A DNA stretch of 64,000 nt, taken from contig JBAZKS010000026.1 in assembly GCA_041650695.1 (NCBI GenBank), positions 1,559 to 65,558 of the forward strand, given 5' to 3'. The position numbers were made by a program, and so were the translations under genes. Below, one piece after another: positions 8,814 to 17,464 of this stretch. The notes below the pieces were generated by a model. The model was given only the letters and a program-made list of their open reading frames with translations. It was not told the origin of the DNA and did not search any database. Every line of letters begins with the position of its first letter. Position 1 is the stretch's first letter. This DNA is from Elusimicrobiota bacterium. GTDB lineage: Bacteria; Elusimicrobiota; Elusimicrobia; UBA1565.

Positions 8814-9803
8814 CTAGCGGCGCTTCTTGGGCGCCGGCTTCGCCGGCACGACCCGGTCCGCGGTGCGGCGTCCTTCGGGGATGATGTTGCCCAGGATGTC
8901 GAACCGCTGCTTCGGCATGTTCCAGCCCGGCTGGAGGTTCGGCGATCCCATCGGCCGGGGCTCGGTGAGTTCGATGAGGCCCATGCGGTTGGCCACGCGC
9001 CTGAGCCGCAGGAGGGCGCGCTCCTCGATCTGGCGGATGCGTTCGCGCGACAAGCGCAGGCGCTTGCCCACCTCCTCGAGGGTCATGGGCGACTGCCCGG
9101 TGAGGCCGTGGCGCAGCTCGAGGATGACCCGCTCCCGGTCGCCGATCTCCTGAAGGGCCTGCTGGAGCTCGTCATGAAGCTTGAGCACGGAGATGAGGTT
9201 CTCCGGGGACTGGGTCGTGGATTCGGAGATCATGTCCTCCATGGTGATGTTGTCGTCGTCCGACTCGATGGGGTTCTCCAGCGAGCCGATGCCCTTGGCG
9301 GCCTCTGCGGCGTCGAGCACTCCGCGGACTTGCCGGGCCGTCCAGTGCATCTTTCGCGCCATCTCGGCCAGCGTCGGGTCCCGTCCCAGGACCGCGTGCA
9401 TCTTCTCCCATTCCTTCAGCCACTTGCGCAGGGCTTCCCACGCGTGGGGCGGGATGCGGATGGTCTTCGACTGCTCCTCCACGGCCCGCCGGATGGACTG
9501 CTCGATCCAGTAGGAGGCGTAGGTGGAGAACCGGTAGCCCTTCGACGGGTCGAACTTGTCGATGGCGTGCATGAGACCGAGGTTCCCCTCCTCGATGAGG
9601 TCGAGGAACTCTGTGCCCTGGCGGTGGTACTTCTTGGCGATGGGGACCACCAGGCGCAGGTTCGCCTCCATGATGCGGCGCTTCGCCTCCTTGTCGCCGC
9701 GCTTGGCCTTCTTCCAGAGCTTGTGCATGTCCTCGCGGCTGACCTGCGACAGCTTCTGGATGCCCTTGAAGTATTGACTCGTCGAATCCGTTGTCGGCTG
9801 CAT
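8814..9803 (-). CDS. RNA polymerase sigma factor, sigma-70 family (RpoD/RpoS-like) with a C-terminal basic extension
   Basis: Region 2 (LRLVVPIAKKY, GNLGLMHAIDKFD, FSTYASYWI) and region 4 (LSRERIRQIEERALLRLR) are present. About 60 aa follow region 4.2 and end in KPAPKKRR. Confidence 0.75.
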   Translation of the reverse strand: MQPTTDSTSQYFKGIQKLSQVSREDMHKLWKKAKRGDKEAKRRIMEANLRLVVPIAKKYHRQGTEFLDLIEEGNLGLMHAIDKFDPSKGYRFSTYASYWIEQSIRRAVEEQSKTIRIPPHAWEALRKWLKEWEKMHAVLGRDPTLAEMARKMHWTARQVRGVLDAAEAAKGIGSLENPIESDDDNITMEDMISESTTQSPENLISVLKLHDELQQALQEIGDRERVILELRHGLTGQSPMTLEEVGKRLRLSRERIRQIEERALLRLRRVANRMGLIELTEPRPMGSPNLQPGWNMPKQRFDILGNIIPEGRRTADRVVPAKPAPKKRR

Positions 9804-9816
9804 GTTTGCTCCCTTT

Positions 9817-9870
9817 ATAGAAACGGATAACCTTTAATTACGGTTCCCCTATATAGAAACGGATAACCTT
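9817..9870. promoter_or_regulatory. Two direct copies of the recurring motif (reverse orientation) upstream of the sigma-factor gene
   Basis: atagaaacggataacctttaa at 9817..9837 and atagaaacggataacctt at 9853..9870. Both are reverse complements of TTAAAGGTTATCCGTTTCTAT. Confidence 0.5.
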
Positions 9871-9875
9871 GAATC

Positions 9876-10178
9876 TCAGTAGATGTCGAACGGCTCCTTC
9901 TTGCCGCTGGCCGCGACCGGGGTCTCGGCCACCGAATCCACCCGCGCCCATCGGTGCCCCGCCTTGAGCTCCTGGATGAACGCCGCCACCGTCTGGGGGA
10001 CTCCCTCGGCCTCGGCCTCGACGTCGCCGTTGGCCAGGTTGCGGACCCAGCCCGAAACGCCCATGCGCCGCGCGGTCTCCACGGCGAAGAAGCGGAATCC
10101 GATCCCCTGCACGCGGCCTTTGATGAGCAGATGCGTCCGGGCTGTCGCTGTCAAGGGGTCCCCACTTGCATGGTACAA
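9876..10178 (-). CDS. acyP: Acylphosphatase
   Basis: 100 aa with the VQGVGFR-type motif (GRVQGIGFRFF) and GWVRN (SGWVRNLANGDVE). Confidence 0.8.
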   Translation of the reverse strand: MYHASGDPLTATARTHLLIKGRVQGIGFRFFAVETARRMGVSGWVRNLANGDVEAEAEGVPQTVAAFIQELKAGHRWARVDSVAETPVAASGKKEPFDIY

Positions 10179-10227
10179 TATTTGTCAAGGGGAAAAACAA
10201 GCCCCCCTTGCGGGGGGCTGGATGATT

Positions 10228-10300
<73 letters not shown>

Positions 10301-10303
10301 GCT

Positions 10304-10375
10304 TCGGGGACCTGGGAATCGAACCCAGAATCTCTCGCACCCCAAGCGAGCGCTCTACCATTGAGCCAGTCCCCG
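10304..10375 (-). tRNA. tRNA-Pro (anticodon GGG)
   Basis: Acceptor CGGGGAC/GTCCCCG, anticodon loop TTGGGGT, T-arm CTGGG-TTCGATT-CCCAG. It lies 3 nt from the other tRNA-Pro. A TATAAT-containing AT patch at 10385..10400 probably drives the pair. Confidence 0.8.
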
Positions 10376-10415
10376 TCCGAACTCGGACGCGATTATATAA
10401 TATATCCTCACGGCC

Positions 10416-11180
10416 ATGGCGGCGGACCTCTCGCGTTACGGCACGCAGATGCTCTTTAAGCCCTTGGGGGAATCGGGGCAGGCCCGCGTCCTCGCGGGCC
10501 GCGTCTGCGTCATCGGGCTCGGCGCTCTGGGTTCCGGCGCGGCCGACATCCTCGCTCGGGCCGGGGTGGGGCATCTCCGGCTCGTGGACCGCGACAGCGT
10601 CGAGACCGGCGATCTCCAGCGGCAGCTCCTATATGAAGAACGGGATGCGGGCGCGCCGAAGGCCGACGCCGCGTTGCGCCGATTGCGCGGCGTCAACTCG
10701 GGGATCCGCATCGAGGCTGAGAACGCCGACGTCTCCCGCTCCAACGTGGAGCGCATCCTCTCCGGGATGCATGTCGTGGTCGACGGGACCGATAATTTCG
10801 AGACGCGCTTCCTCATCAACGACGCCTGCCTGAAGCTCCGCATCCCATGGGTCTACGGCGGTTGCGCCGGGAGCTGCGGGACCGTGGCGGTGTTCCGCCC
10901 CGGCAAGGGCCCGTGCCTGCGATGCGTGCTCGACGCCCCGCCTCCCAAGGAGTTCTCCCCCACCTGCCACACGGTCGGGCTCCTGGCGTCGGCGTCCGCC
11001 GCGGTCTCGGCGTGGGAGGCCGTCGAGGCGCTCAAGATGCTCTCGGGGCGCGACGAGGCCGTGCTCCAAGGGCTGCATTCCTTCGACGTCTGGACGCGGC
11101 AGTGGCATCCGGCCGCCACGACGCGCAGGCCGGATTGCCCCGCTTGCGTGCAGGGCCGCTACGACTACCTCACTGGCTGA
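10416..11180 (+). CDS. ThiF/MoeB-family E1-like adenylyltransferase
   Basis: Rossmann GxGxxG motif (VIGLGALGSGAA) and a MoeB-like fold. C-terminal Cys pairs CLRC and CPAC suggest a zinc site. Confidence 0.7.
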   Translation: MAADLSRYGTQMLFKPLGESGQARVLAGRVCVIGLGALGSGAADILARAGVGHLRLVDRDSVETGDLQRQLLYEERDAGAPKADAALRRLRGVNSGIRIEAENADVSRSNVERILSGMHVVVDGTDNFETRFLINDACLKLRIPWVYGGCAGSCGTVAVFRPGKGPCLRCVLDAPPPKEFSPTCHTVGLLASASAAVSAWEAVEALKMLSGRDEAVLQGLHSFDVWTRQWHPAATTRRPDCPACVQGRYDYLTG

Positions 11181-11553
11181 GTTCTGAGGCGATCCTCTGC
11201 AGGTCCTCGCGGATCTCCCGCAGCAGCTTGACCGCTGCCCGGGGGAGCGTTTCCGTCGAGGGGACTGAAGCGTCCTCGACGGCGATGCGGCCCCCCCGCC
11301 GCTTCTGGGAAAGGGCTTTGCGGGCTCCCGCGAGCGTCATGCCGCGGCCCGAGAGGAGGTCTTTGATCTGGAAGGCTGTCTCGATGTCGCGTCGGGTGTA
11401 GCGGCGGTGGCCGCTTTCCCGCCGCAGGGGTCTGAACAGGTGCAGCCGGGCCTCCCAATAGCGGAGGATATGGGGCTCGATCTGGAGCACCCGGCACGCC
11501 TCCCCGATGGTGAAACTCTCCTTGTCGGGGATGAGAGGCCTGCCCCCCGGCAT
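11170..11553 (-). CDS. MerR-family transcriptional regulator
   Basis: N-terminal MerR HTH (FTIGEACRVLQIEPHILRYWE). Confidence 0.65.
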   Translation of the reverse strand: MPGGRPLIPDKESFTIGEACRVLQIEPHILRYWEARLHLFRPLRRESGHRRYTRRDIETAFQIKDLLSGRGMTLAGARKALSQKRRGGRIAVEDASVPSTETLPRAAVKLLREIREDLQRIASELSQ

Positions 11554-11569
11554 CAGGCGGGCCCCCCCC

Positions 11570-11830
11570 TCAGACGAGGAGGTTCTTCGACGCCTTGAAG
11601 CGGACGCCCTTGCGCGGCGGCACTTCGACGGAGGCGCCGGTCTTCGGATTGCGGCCGACGCGCGCCTGTCTTGACTTCACGCGGAACGTCCCGAAGTTCG
11701 AGATCACGACTTTCTCGCCGTTCCTCAGGGCGTCCCGGATCGTTTCGAACGTGGTCTCCACGGCTCGGGCGGCTTCTCCCTTGGTCGAAAGGACCTTGGC
11801 TACCGCCTTGATGATGTCGAGTCTATTCAT
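11570..11830 (-). CDS. HU/IHF-family DNA-binding protein
   Basis: 86 aa with the HU/IHF beta-arm signature (FGTFRVKSRQARVGRNPKTG). Confidence 0.8.
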   Translation of the reverse strand: MNRLDIIKAVAKVLSTKGEAARAVETTFETIRDALRNGEKVVISNFGTFRVKSRQARVGRNPKTGASVEVPPRKGVRFKASKNLLV

Positions 11831-12428
11831 CCTCCTCTCCTTCTTCCTCCCCCTTTCCGCCCTCCGGCCCTGACGGCCCTTGCGGGGGCTTCGGGGGACC
11901 TTTCTTCTTCTTCTGCTGGAGTTCCTTGAAGATGTCCTCGGGCTTGATGCTCTTGAGCTCTTCTTTGAACTTTTTGACCTCGTCCTCGCTGATGGGCTTC
12001 GAGAGCACCTGGCAGCGCTCGAAGACCCGCTCCTTCACGTACATGGAGCATCCGGCGCGCACCGCGACGGCGATGGCGTCGGATGGGCGGGAGTCCAGGC
12101 TCCGCTCCTCGTTGTCCTTCTTGAGGAGCACCTGGGCGTAGAATGTGTTCTCGCGCAGGTCCGTCACCACGATCTTGACCACCGCCCAGCCGAGGGTCTG
12201 CACCGTGGCCAGGAGCAGGTCGTGGGTCAAAGGCCTGGGAAGGACGATCCCGGAGAAGCGGATGGCGATGGCCTGGCCCTCGGAGAGTCCGATCCAGATG
12301 GGCAGGAGGCGGTTGCCGTCGATCTCCTCCAGGAAGACGATGCACTCGTTGGCCGTCGTCGCCAGGGAGTAGATCCTGACCTCTTTCTCATCTCCAGACT
12401 TTGACTTCCGTTCTTTTTCTTCGGCCAT
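11823..12428 (-). CDS. Bifunctional nuclease (BFN/DUF151) domain protein
   Basis: BFN domain (LPIWIG...EGQAIA...RPLTHDLL) followed by an acidic low-complexity tail. Confidence 0.6.
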   Translation of the reverse strand: MAEEKERKSKSGDEKEVRIYSLATTANECIVFLEEIDGNRLLPIWIGLSEGQAIAIRFSGIVLPRPLTHDLLLATVQTLGWAVVKIVVTDLRENTFYAQVLLKKDNEERSLDSRPSDAIAVAVRAGCSMYVKERVFERCQVLSKPISEDEVKKFKEELKSIKPEDIFKELQQKKKKGPPKPPQGPSGPEGGKGEEEGEEDE

Positions 12429-12473
12429 CTATTCCCTCATCGGAACGCCCAGCGACTTGGAATTCTATAGGAT

Positions 12474-13070
12474 TTATCCATGTTTTTCAAGCTGGGCGCG
12501 TTCGCGGAGCAGTTTTCTCAGGTTCGGGATGTGCTTGTAGAGTATCAAGGAGGAGGAGGCGAAGGCAAGGGCGGTGTAGGCGGGCGGTGATCCCGCCATC
12601 AGGGCCAGGAACGGGAACACGGCGGCGGTGGTCATCGAGCCGACGGAGATGTGGCCGGAGAGTCCCATGGCCACGAAGAAGATGATGGCTGCGGGCCCCA
12701 TGCACCTCGGCAGCAGGGCGAGGAAGACCCCCGCCGTGGTGGCCACGCCTTTCCCTCCGCCGAAGTTCAGGAATACCGTCCAGACGTGCCCGATGATGGC
12801 CATGGCTCCGCACAGCAGGCTGACGGCCTGCTGCTCGGGGTAGAAGACGATGGCCAGATAGACCGGGAGGAATCCCTTCAGGGCGTCCGCCGCCAGGGTC
12901 AGCAGGCCCGCCTTCCTGCCTACGGACCTGTAGACGTTGGCGGTCCCGGGGTTGCCCGAGCCGTGCTTCCGGATGTCGATGCCGCGGACCCTGCGCGCGA
13001 TGATGTATCCGCTCGGGACTCCGCCCAGGAAATAGCTCAAAGCGACCAGGGAAACGGCGAGAATATCCAT
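12474..13070 (-). CDS. plsY: Glycerol-3-phosphate acyltransferase PlsY
   Basis: Full-length PlsY pattern (GSGNPGTANV, KGVAT, multiple TMs). Confidence 0.85.
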   Translation of the reverse strand: MDILAVSLVALSYFLGGVPSGYIIARRVRGIDIRKHGSGNPGTANVYRSVGRKAGLLTLAADALKGFLPVYLAIVFYPEQQAVSLLCGAMAIIGHVWTVFLNFGGGKGVATTAGVFLALLPRCMGPAAIIFFVAMGLSGHISVGSMTTAAVFPFLALMAGSPPAYTALAFASSSLILYKHIPNLRKLLRERAQLEKHG

Positions 13071-13073
13071 TTT

Positions 13074-13213
13074 AGGATTAAAGGGTATGCGTTTCTATTT
13101 TAGGATTAAAGGATATGCGTTTCTATTTTAGGATTAAAGGATATGCGTTTCTATTTTAGGATTAAAGGATATGCGTTTCTATTTTAGGATTAAAGGATAT
13201 GCGTTTCTATGAG
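13074..13213. repeat. Perfect 28-bp tandem repeat x5 (ATTTTAGGATTAAAGGATATGCGTTTCT) directly upstream of plsY
   Basis: Five contiguous units, the first with one substitution. There are no spacers, so it is not a CRISPR array. Each unit carries the recurring AT motif. Confidence 0.9.
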
Positions 13214-13226
13214 GGAACGCTGTTTT

Positions 13227-14522
13227 TTAAGGACGATAGTCTAGCATAGTTCTCTGGCGGAGGCGCTGCCAGTTCTCGCGGGTGACGCGCAGGCGCAGGA
13301 CCATGCGCTCTCCCTGCGTCTCGGTCCCCACCACCTGGGCGCTGCGGTAGACCTCGGCCAGGTGGTGGGTCTTGGACGCGTCCAGGCTGAGCTCGCGCAG
13401 GAGCCATCTCCGGTTGAGCACGGTTTGGACGCGGCGCAGCATGCGCTCGACGCCTTCGCCGGTCAAGGCCGAGGCGAAGCATCGCTCCGGGTCGGAGGCC
13501 GAGAGCAGCGAACGCTGTTCGCGGCTCAGGAGGTCCGCCTTGTTGACCACCATGACCCTGGGGAGGTCCTGGGCGCCCAGTTCCAGGAGCACCTGGTCCA
13601 CCACGCGGCGCTGCTCGTCCAAGCCCGGGATGGCGCCGTCCTCCACGTGCAGCAGGCAGTCGGCGCGGGCGACCTCCTCGAGCGTGGAACGGAAGGCCGC
13701 GATGAGAGGGGTCGGGAGCTTGGAGATGAATCCGACCGTGTCCGTGAACACCGCCCAGCCCCCGTCCGGCATCTGCGCCCGGCGCGTCATGGGGTCGAGG
13801 GTGGCGAAGAGCTTGTCGTCCGCGTAAGCGGGCGCGCCGCGCGGGACCAGCCGGTTGAGCAGGGTGGATTTGCCCGCGTTGGTGTAGCCCAGGATGGCGA
13901 CCGTGGGCATGGGCACGCTCTCGCGGCGCTGCCGCTGGACGACCCGGTTCGCCTCCATGCGGCGGATGGCCTCCTTGAGCGATTCGATGCGGTGCTGTAT
14001 GTGGCGCCTTTCGTACTCGATCTGGCGTTCGCCTGGTCCGCGGGTCCCGATGCCTCCCACCTGCTGCGAGAACGCGCGCCAGCTTCCGGTCAGCCGCGGC
14101 AGCATGTAGGAGAGCTGGGCAAGCTCGATCTGCAGCTCCCCTTCCTTGGTCCGCGCGCGTTTGGCGAAGATATCGAGGATGAGGCGGGTGCGGTCCACGA
14201 TCTTGGCTCCGATGGCCTCCTCGAGGCTCACCTGCTGGGCCGGGGACAGGTTCTCGTCGAAGACCACCGTCCTCGCGCGGCACGCGCGCACCGCCTGCGC
14301 GACCTCCGCGATTTTCCCGCTCCCGATGAGCGAGCCCGGGTGGAATTTCTCCAGCCGCTGGGTGAGGACCTGGGCGACCTCCCCGCCGGCAGTCTCGGTC
14401 AGGCGGCGAAGCTCCTCGAGACTCGCCTCGTCCTGGGCCGAGGCCTGTCCCTTCTTGAACACGCCGACCAGGACGACGCGCTCCTTGGGGCGTGTGAGCT
14501 TCACGCGAGGACCTCCTCGCAA
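13227..14522 (-). CDS. hflX: GTPase HflX
   Basis: HflX N-terminal domain plus a G-domain with the motifs GYTNAGKST, DTVGF and NKAD. Confidence 0.85.
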   Translation of the reverse strand: MRGGPRVKLTRPKERVVLVGVFKKGQASAQDEASLEELRRLTETAGGEVAQVLTQRLEKFHPGSLIGSGKIAEVAQAVRACRARTVVFDENLSPAQQVSLEEAIGAKIVDRTRLILDIFAKRARTKEGELQIELAQLSYMLPRLTGSWRAFSQQVGGIGTRGPGERQIEYERRHIQHRIESLKEAIRRMEANRVVQRQRRESVPMPTVAILGYTNAGKSTLLNRLVPRGAPAYADDKLFATLDPMTRRAQMPDGGWAVFTDTVGFISKLPTPLIAAFRSTLEEVARADCLLHVEDGAIPGLDEQRRVVDQVLLELGAQDLPRVMVVNKADLLSREQRSLLSASDPERCFASALTGEGVERMLRRVQTVLNRRWLLRELSLDASKTHHLAEVYRSAQVVGTETQGERMVLRLRVTRENWQRLRQRTMLDYRP

Positions 14523-15379
14523 GCCGTCCCGGGGTCGAGCCAGCGCGCAGCCACTTGGTTCCTGAACCAGGTGCGCTGGCGCTTGGCGTAGGCGAGGGTG
14601 GAGGCGGTCATGCTCTCAAGGCCTTCCTCCGGGGTCAGCTCGCCTCTCAAGGTCCTCAGGGCCTCGGGGTAGCCGAGCAGGCGGAAGCCGGGCTCATCGC
14701 CTGAGTATCGCGAGGGGACGAGCTCGCGGACCTCCTCGAGCATGGCCGGGAACATGGAGGCCGCCCGCTCCCGGATGCGGCGATCGAGCTCTTCTTTTCC
14801 CAGCTTCAATCCGAAGTAAAGCGCAGTGCTCGTGCGCTTCTTGCTCCATTGAGCGGAGATGGGCTTCCCCGTGAGTTCGACGACTTCCAGTGCCCGGATG
14901 ACGCGCTGGATGTTGCTGGCGGGGATGCGTTTCGCAGCCTCAGGGTCGAGCCCGGCCAGCTTGGCATGGAGGCTTGACCTGTCTTCCCGGGAGAGGCGTT
15001 CCCTCAATGCGTCGTCCCTGCGTGGGAGCGGGTCGAGCCCTTCGAGCAGGGCCCGGACATAGAGCCCTGTCCCCCCCACTACGACGACGGGCTTGCCGCG
15101 CTCGAGCAGGGGGGCGGCCGCCTGCGCGTAGCTCCCGGCGTCCGTGTTTTGGGCAGGGTCCAGGATGTCCACCATGTGGTACGGGATGCCCTCCACTCGG
15201 AAGACTCCGTCCTCCCATGACCCTTCGGGCTTGGCAGTGCCCGCGTCCAGGGTCTTGTAGAGCTGGCCCATGTCCGCGGAGACGATCTCCGCGCCCATGC
15301 GGCGAGCGAGCTCCAGGGCGAGGCGGGTCTTTCCGCTGGCGGTCGGGCCGACGACGGCGATCAGGCTTTCTGGGGCCAA
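14501..15379 (-). CDS. miaA: tRNA dimethylallyltransferase MiaA (start probably TTG near 15379)
   Basis: P-loop VVGPTASGKT and a MiaA body. The annotated 416-aa ORF has an N-terminal extension made of alternate-frame residues. A TTG (Leu125) lies just ahead of the conserved start and overlaps the PilZ gene by about 19 nt. Confidence 0.7.
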   Translation of the reverse strand: MAPESLIAVVGPTASGKTRLALELARRMGAEIVSADMGQLYKTLDAGTAKPEGSWEDGVFRVEGIPYHMVDILDPAQNTDAGSYAQAAAPLLERGKPVVVVGGTGLYVRALLEGLDPLPRRDDALRERLSREDRSSLHAKLAGLDPEAAKRIPASNIQRVIRALEVVELTGKPISAQWSKKRTSTALYFGLKLGKEELDRRIRERAASMFPAMLEEVRELVPSRYSGDEPGFRLLGYPEALRTLRGELTPEEGLESMTASTLAYAKRQRTWFRNQVAARWLDPGTACEEVLA

Positions 15380-15897
15380 TGAGGGGACTTCTGCGCTTTG
15401 GTGCAGAGGGCGTGGAATCTGCAGTTCGGCACGCAGGCTTCGGGCAGGCCGAGGCCGATGCGGGTGTTGCAGTCCACGTCGTCGTTGGCCATCGTGGTGA
15501 TGAGGTTCTGATACTTCTTGGCGATCTTGGTGAACTCGATGCCCACGATGTAGGTCTCGCCCTTCTGATGGACGCGCACGACCTTGCCTTGGACCGGCAG
15601 GTGGTCCAGACCGGGGATGGAGAGGGTCATCTTGAACGTCTTCGCGTGGGGCGGGGCGAGGAAGGTGATCAGCGAGAGCCCTCCGGCGGAGAGGCTCGTC
15701 AGGATCGCGGGCTGCGTGCGGGCGTACTTCGGCATGTCGTCCTTGGCGCACTTTTTCTCCGGGGCGTAGCGGAGCGCGATGGGCTCCACCAGGTCGCTGA
15801 CGACCTTGAAGCGAGGGTGCTTGCGGCGCTCGTTGGAGTGCTTCCCGTTCCTGTGTATCATCGAGGATACGATATCAAGTTGACGTGCACAGGTCAA
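15361..15897 (-). CDS. PilZ-domain (c-di-GMP-binding) protein with a C-terminal Cys cluster
   Basis: RxxxR motif (RKHPR) and D/NxSxxG motif (TSLSAGG). Four C-terminal Cys residues (CNTRIG...CVPNC...C). Confidence 0.55.
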   Translation of the reverse strand: MTCARQLDIVSSMIHRNGKHSNERRKHPRFKVVSDLVEPIALRYAPEKKCAKDDMPKYARTQPAILTSLSAGGLSLITFLAPPHAKTFKMTLSIPGLDHLPVQGKVVRVHQKGETYIVGIEFTKIAKKYQNLITTMANDDVDCNTRIGLGLPEACVPNCRFHALCTKAQKSPHWPQKA

Positions 15898-16202
15898 TGC
15901 GCCGGAGAAGGGACGTCGGACTTGGCGGCGGTGCGGGTGCTGACGTCCACCACGGAGTCCCGGATGTCGTTGATGGGCTCGCCGAGCGTCCGGAAGGTCA
16001 CGCTGGAGGAAGGCCGGGAGGCGAGGCTGTCCATGACCTCGTCAGGTACTTTCGGGAACGGGTTGCGCTGCGCGAAAACCTCGGCCGGGGTGACCGCCTT
16101 CACCGGAGCGTTCGTCACTCCCTGCTCCATGAATACGGCGATGATGCCGGCGAAAAGCATGCCGGCCAGCACGCTCAACTGCCGGGGGGACCACTCGTCC
16201 AT
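15894..16202 (-). CDS. Small membrane protein, hypothetical
   Basis: 102 aa with one TM (LSVLAGMLFAGIIAVF). Its stop overlaps the PilZ start by 4 nt. Confidence 0.4.
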   Translation of the reverse strand: MDEWSPRQLSVLAGMLFAGIIAVFMEQGVTNAPVKAVTPAEVFAQRNPFPKVPDEVMDSLASRPSSSVTFRTLGEPINDIRDSVVDVSTRTAAKSDVPSPAH

Positions 16203-16240
16203 GCTATAAGGGTGCCCGGGGGCCCTAAAACGTCATGGGA

Positions 16241-17464
16241 CTAAAGACCTATATGGCATTTCAGGGCTGTTTCCGTGCATCCCGTCACCTCGGCCGTCAC
16301 CAGGCTCCCGGCCTTGGCAGGCTCCTCGAGCCTGGCGTGGAAATAGTAGCGGGTCCTGCCGTCCGTGGGGGTATCGAGGAGGATCTCCAGTCTCTTCCCC
16401 AAGAGGGCTCTCAGATGCCTCTCCATCCCTTTGCCCACCTCGGATAAGAGCCGGCTGAGCCGCTCCTCCTTGACTGCTTTCAAGACAGGATCGCCCAGGG
16501 GATAGGCCGGAGTCCCCTGGCGCGGGGAATACTTGGTGCAGTAGGCTCCGCACAGGTCCGCGTCCTGCACCACGCTCAGCGTCTCCTTGAAATCCTCCTC
16601 AGTCTCTCCAGGGAAGCCCACGATGATGTCAGTGGTCAATGCCAGGTCCGGGACGAGCCGGCGCAGGGCGGCGACTTTTTCCAGGAACTTGGCGCGCGTG
16701 TAGGTGCGGCGCATGGCCGCAAGGATCCGGTCGGAACCGGACTGGACCGGCAGGTGCAGGTGCGGGCACACCTTGGGGCATTCCGCCATGGCGGCCGTCA
16801 TGCGTTCGTCCAGGCGGGAGGGATGCGGGCTCATGAACCGGATGCGCGCCAGACCCCCCACCTTATCCACGGCTCTGAGCAGGTCCGCGAAATCACGGCC
16901 CGAGTCATGGTAGGCGTTCACGGTCTGGCCCAGGAGCATCACTTCCTTGGCTCCCTCGTCCACACGGCCGGACACCTCGCGGATGATGTCGTCGAAGGGG
17001 CGCGACCTCTCCGGCCCCCGCACCTTGGGCACGATGCAGTAGGAGCAGGCGAAGTCGCAGCCGCGCATGATGTTGACGAACGCCGAGACCGCGTTCCGCG
17101 GTCTCGGCGGAGTCGTCTGTTTATCCAGGAGCTTCCTGAGAGCATTCGGGTATTGTTCTACCGATAGCGCCCCGATGACCAGGTCCACATACGGGAACCT
17201 CCGCTCGATCCAGACCCCCGCGCGCTGGGCTGCGCAGCCCGCCACCACGAGCAGGCGGCCGGGCTTGGCCTCTTTCCAGCCCTTGAGCCGGCCGATGAGG
17301 GACAGGGCCCTGTGCTCCGCGTGCTCGCGCACGGTGCAGGTGTTCACGAGCACGATGCCGGCTTCTTCCAGGTCCTCGGTCGGCTCCAGGCCCAGGGGAC
17401 GGACCATCTCCTCGCCGTCCGCCACTGACATCTGGCAGCCGAAGCTGATGACGTGGATCTTCAT
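16241..17464 (-). CDS. miaB: tRNA-i6A37 methylthiotransferase MiaB
   Basis: The start is the internal Met MKIHVISFGCQMS. Radical-SAM CxxxCxxC motif (CDFACSYC), N-terminal MTTase Cys residues, TRAM domain. The 5' part of the 503-aa ORF is frame noise. Overlaps the next gene by 4 nt. Confidence 0.85.
   Translation of the reverse strand: MKIHVISFGCQMSVADGEEMVRPLGLEPTEDLEEAGIVLVNTCTVREHAEHRALSLIGRLKGWKEAKPGRLLVVAGCAAQRAGVWIERRFPYVDLVIGALSVEQYPNALRKLLDKQTTPPRPRNAVSAFVNIMRGCDFACSYCIVPKVRGPERSRPFDDIIREVSGRVDEGAKEVMLLGQTVNAYHDSGRDFADLLRAVDKVGGLARIRFMSPHPSRLDERMTAAMAECPKVCPHLHLPVQSGSDRILAAMRRTYTRAKFLEKVAALRRLVPDLALTTDIIVGFPGETEEDFKETLSVVQDADLCGAYCTKYSPRQGTPAYPLGDPVLKAVKEERLSRLLSEVGKGMERHLRALLGKRLEILLDTPTDGRTRYYFHARLEEPAKAGSLVTAEVTGCTETALKCHIGL

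Noticed and set aside
13074-13213. Possible CRISPR array
   Set aside because: The five 28-bp units are contiguous with no spacers and no cas genes are nearby. It is a plain tandem repeat.
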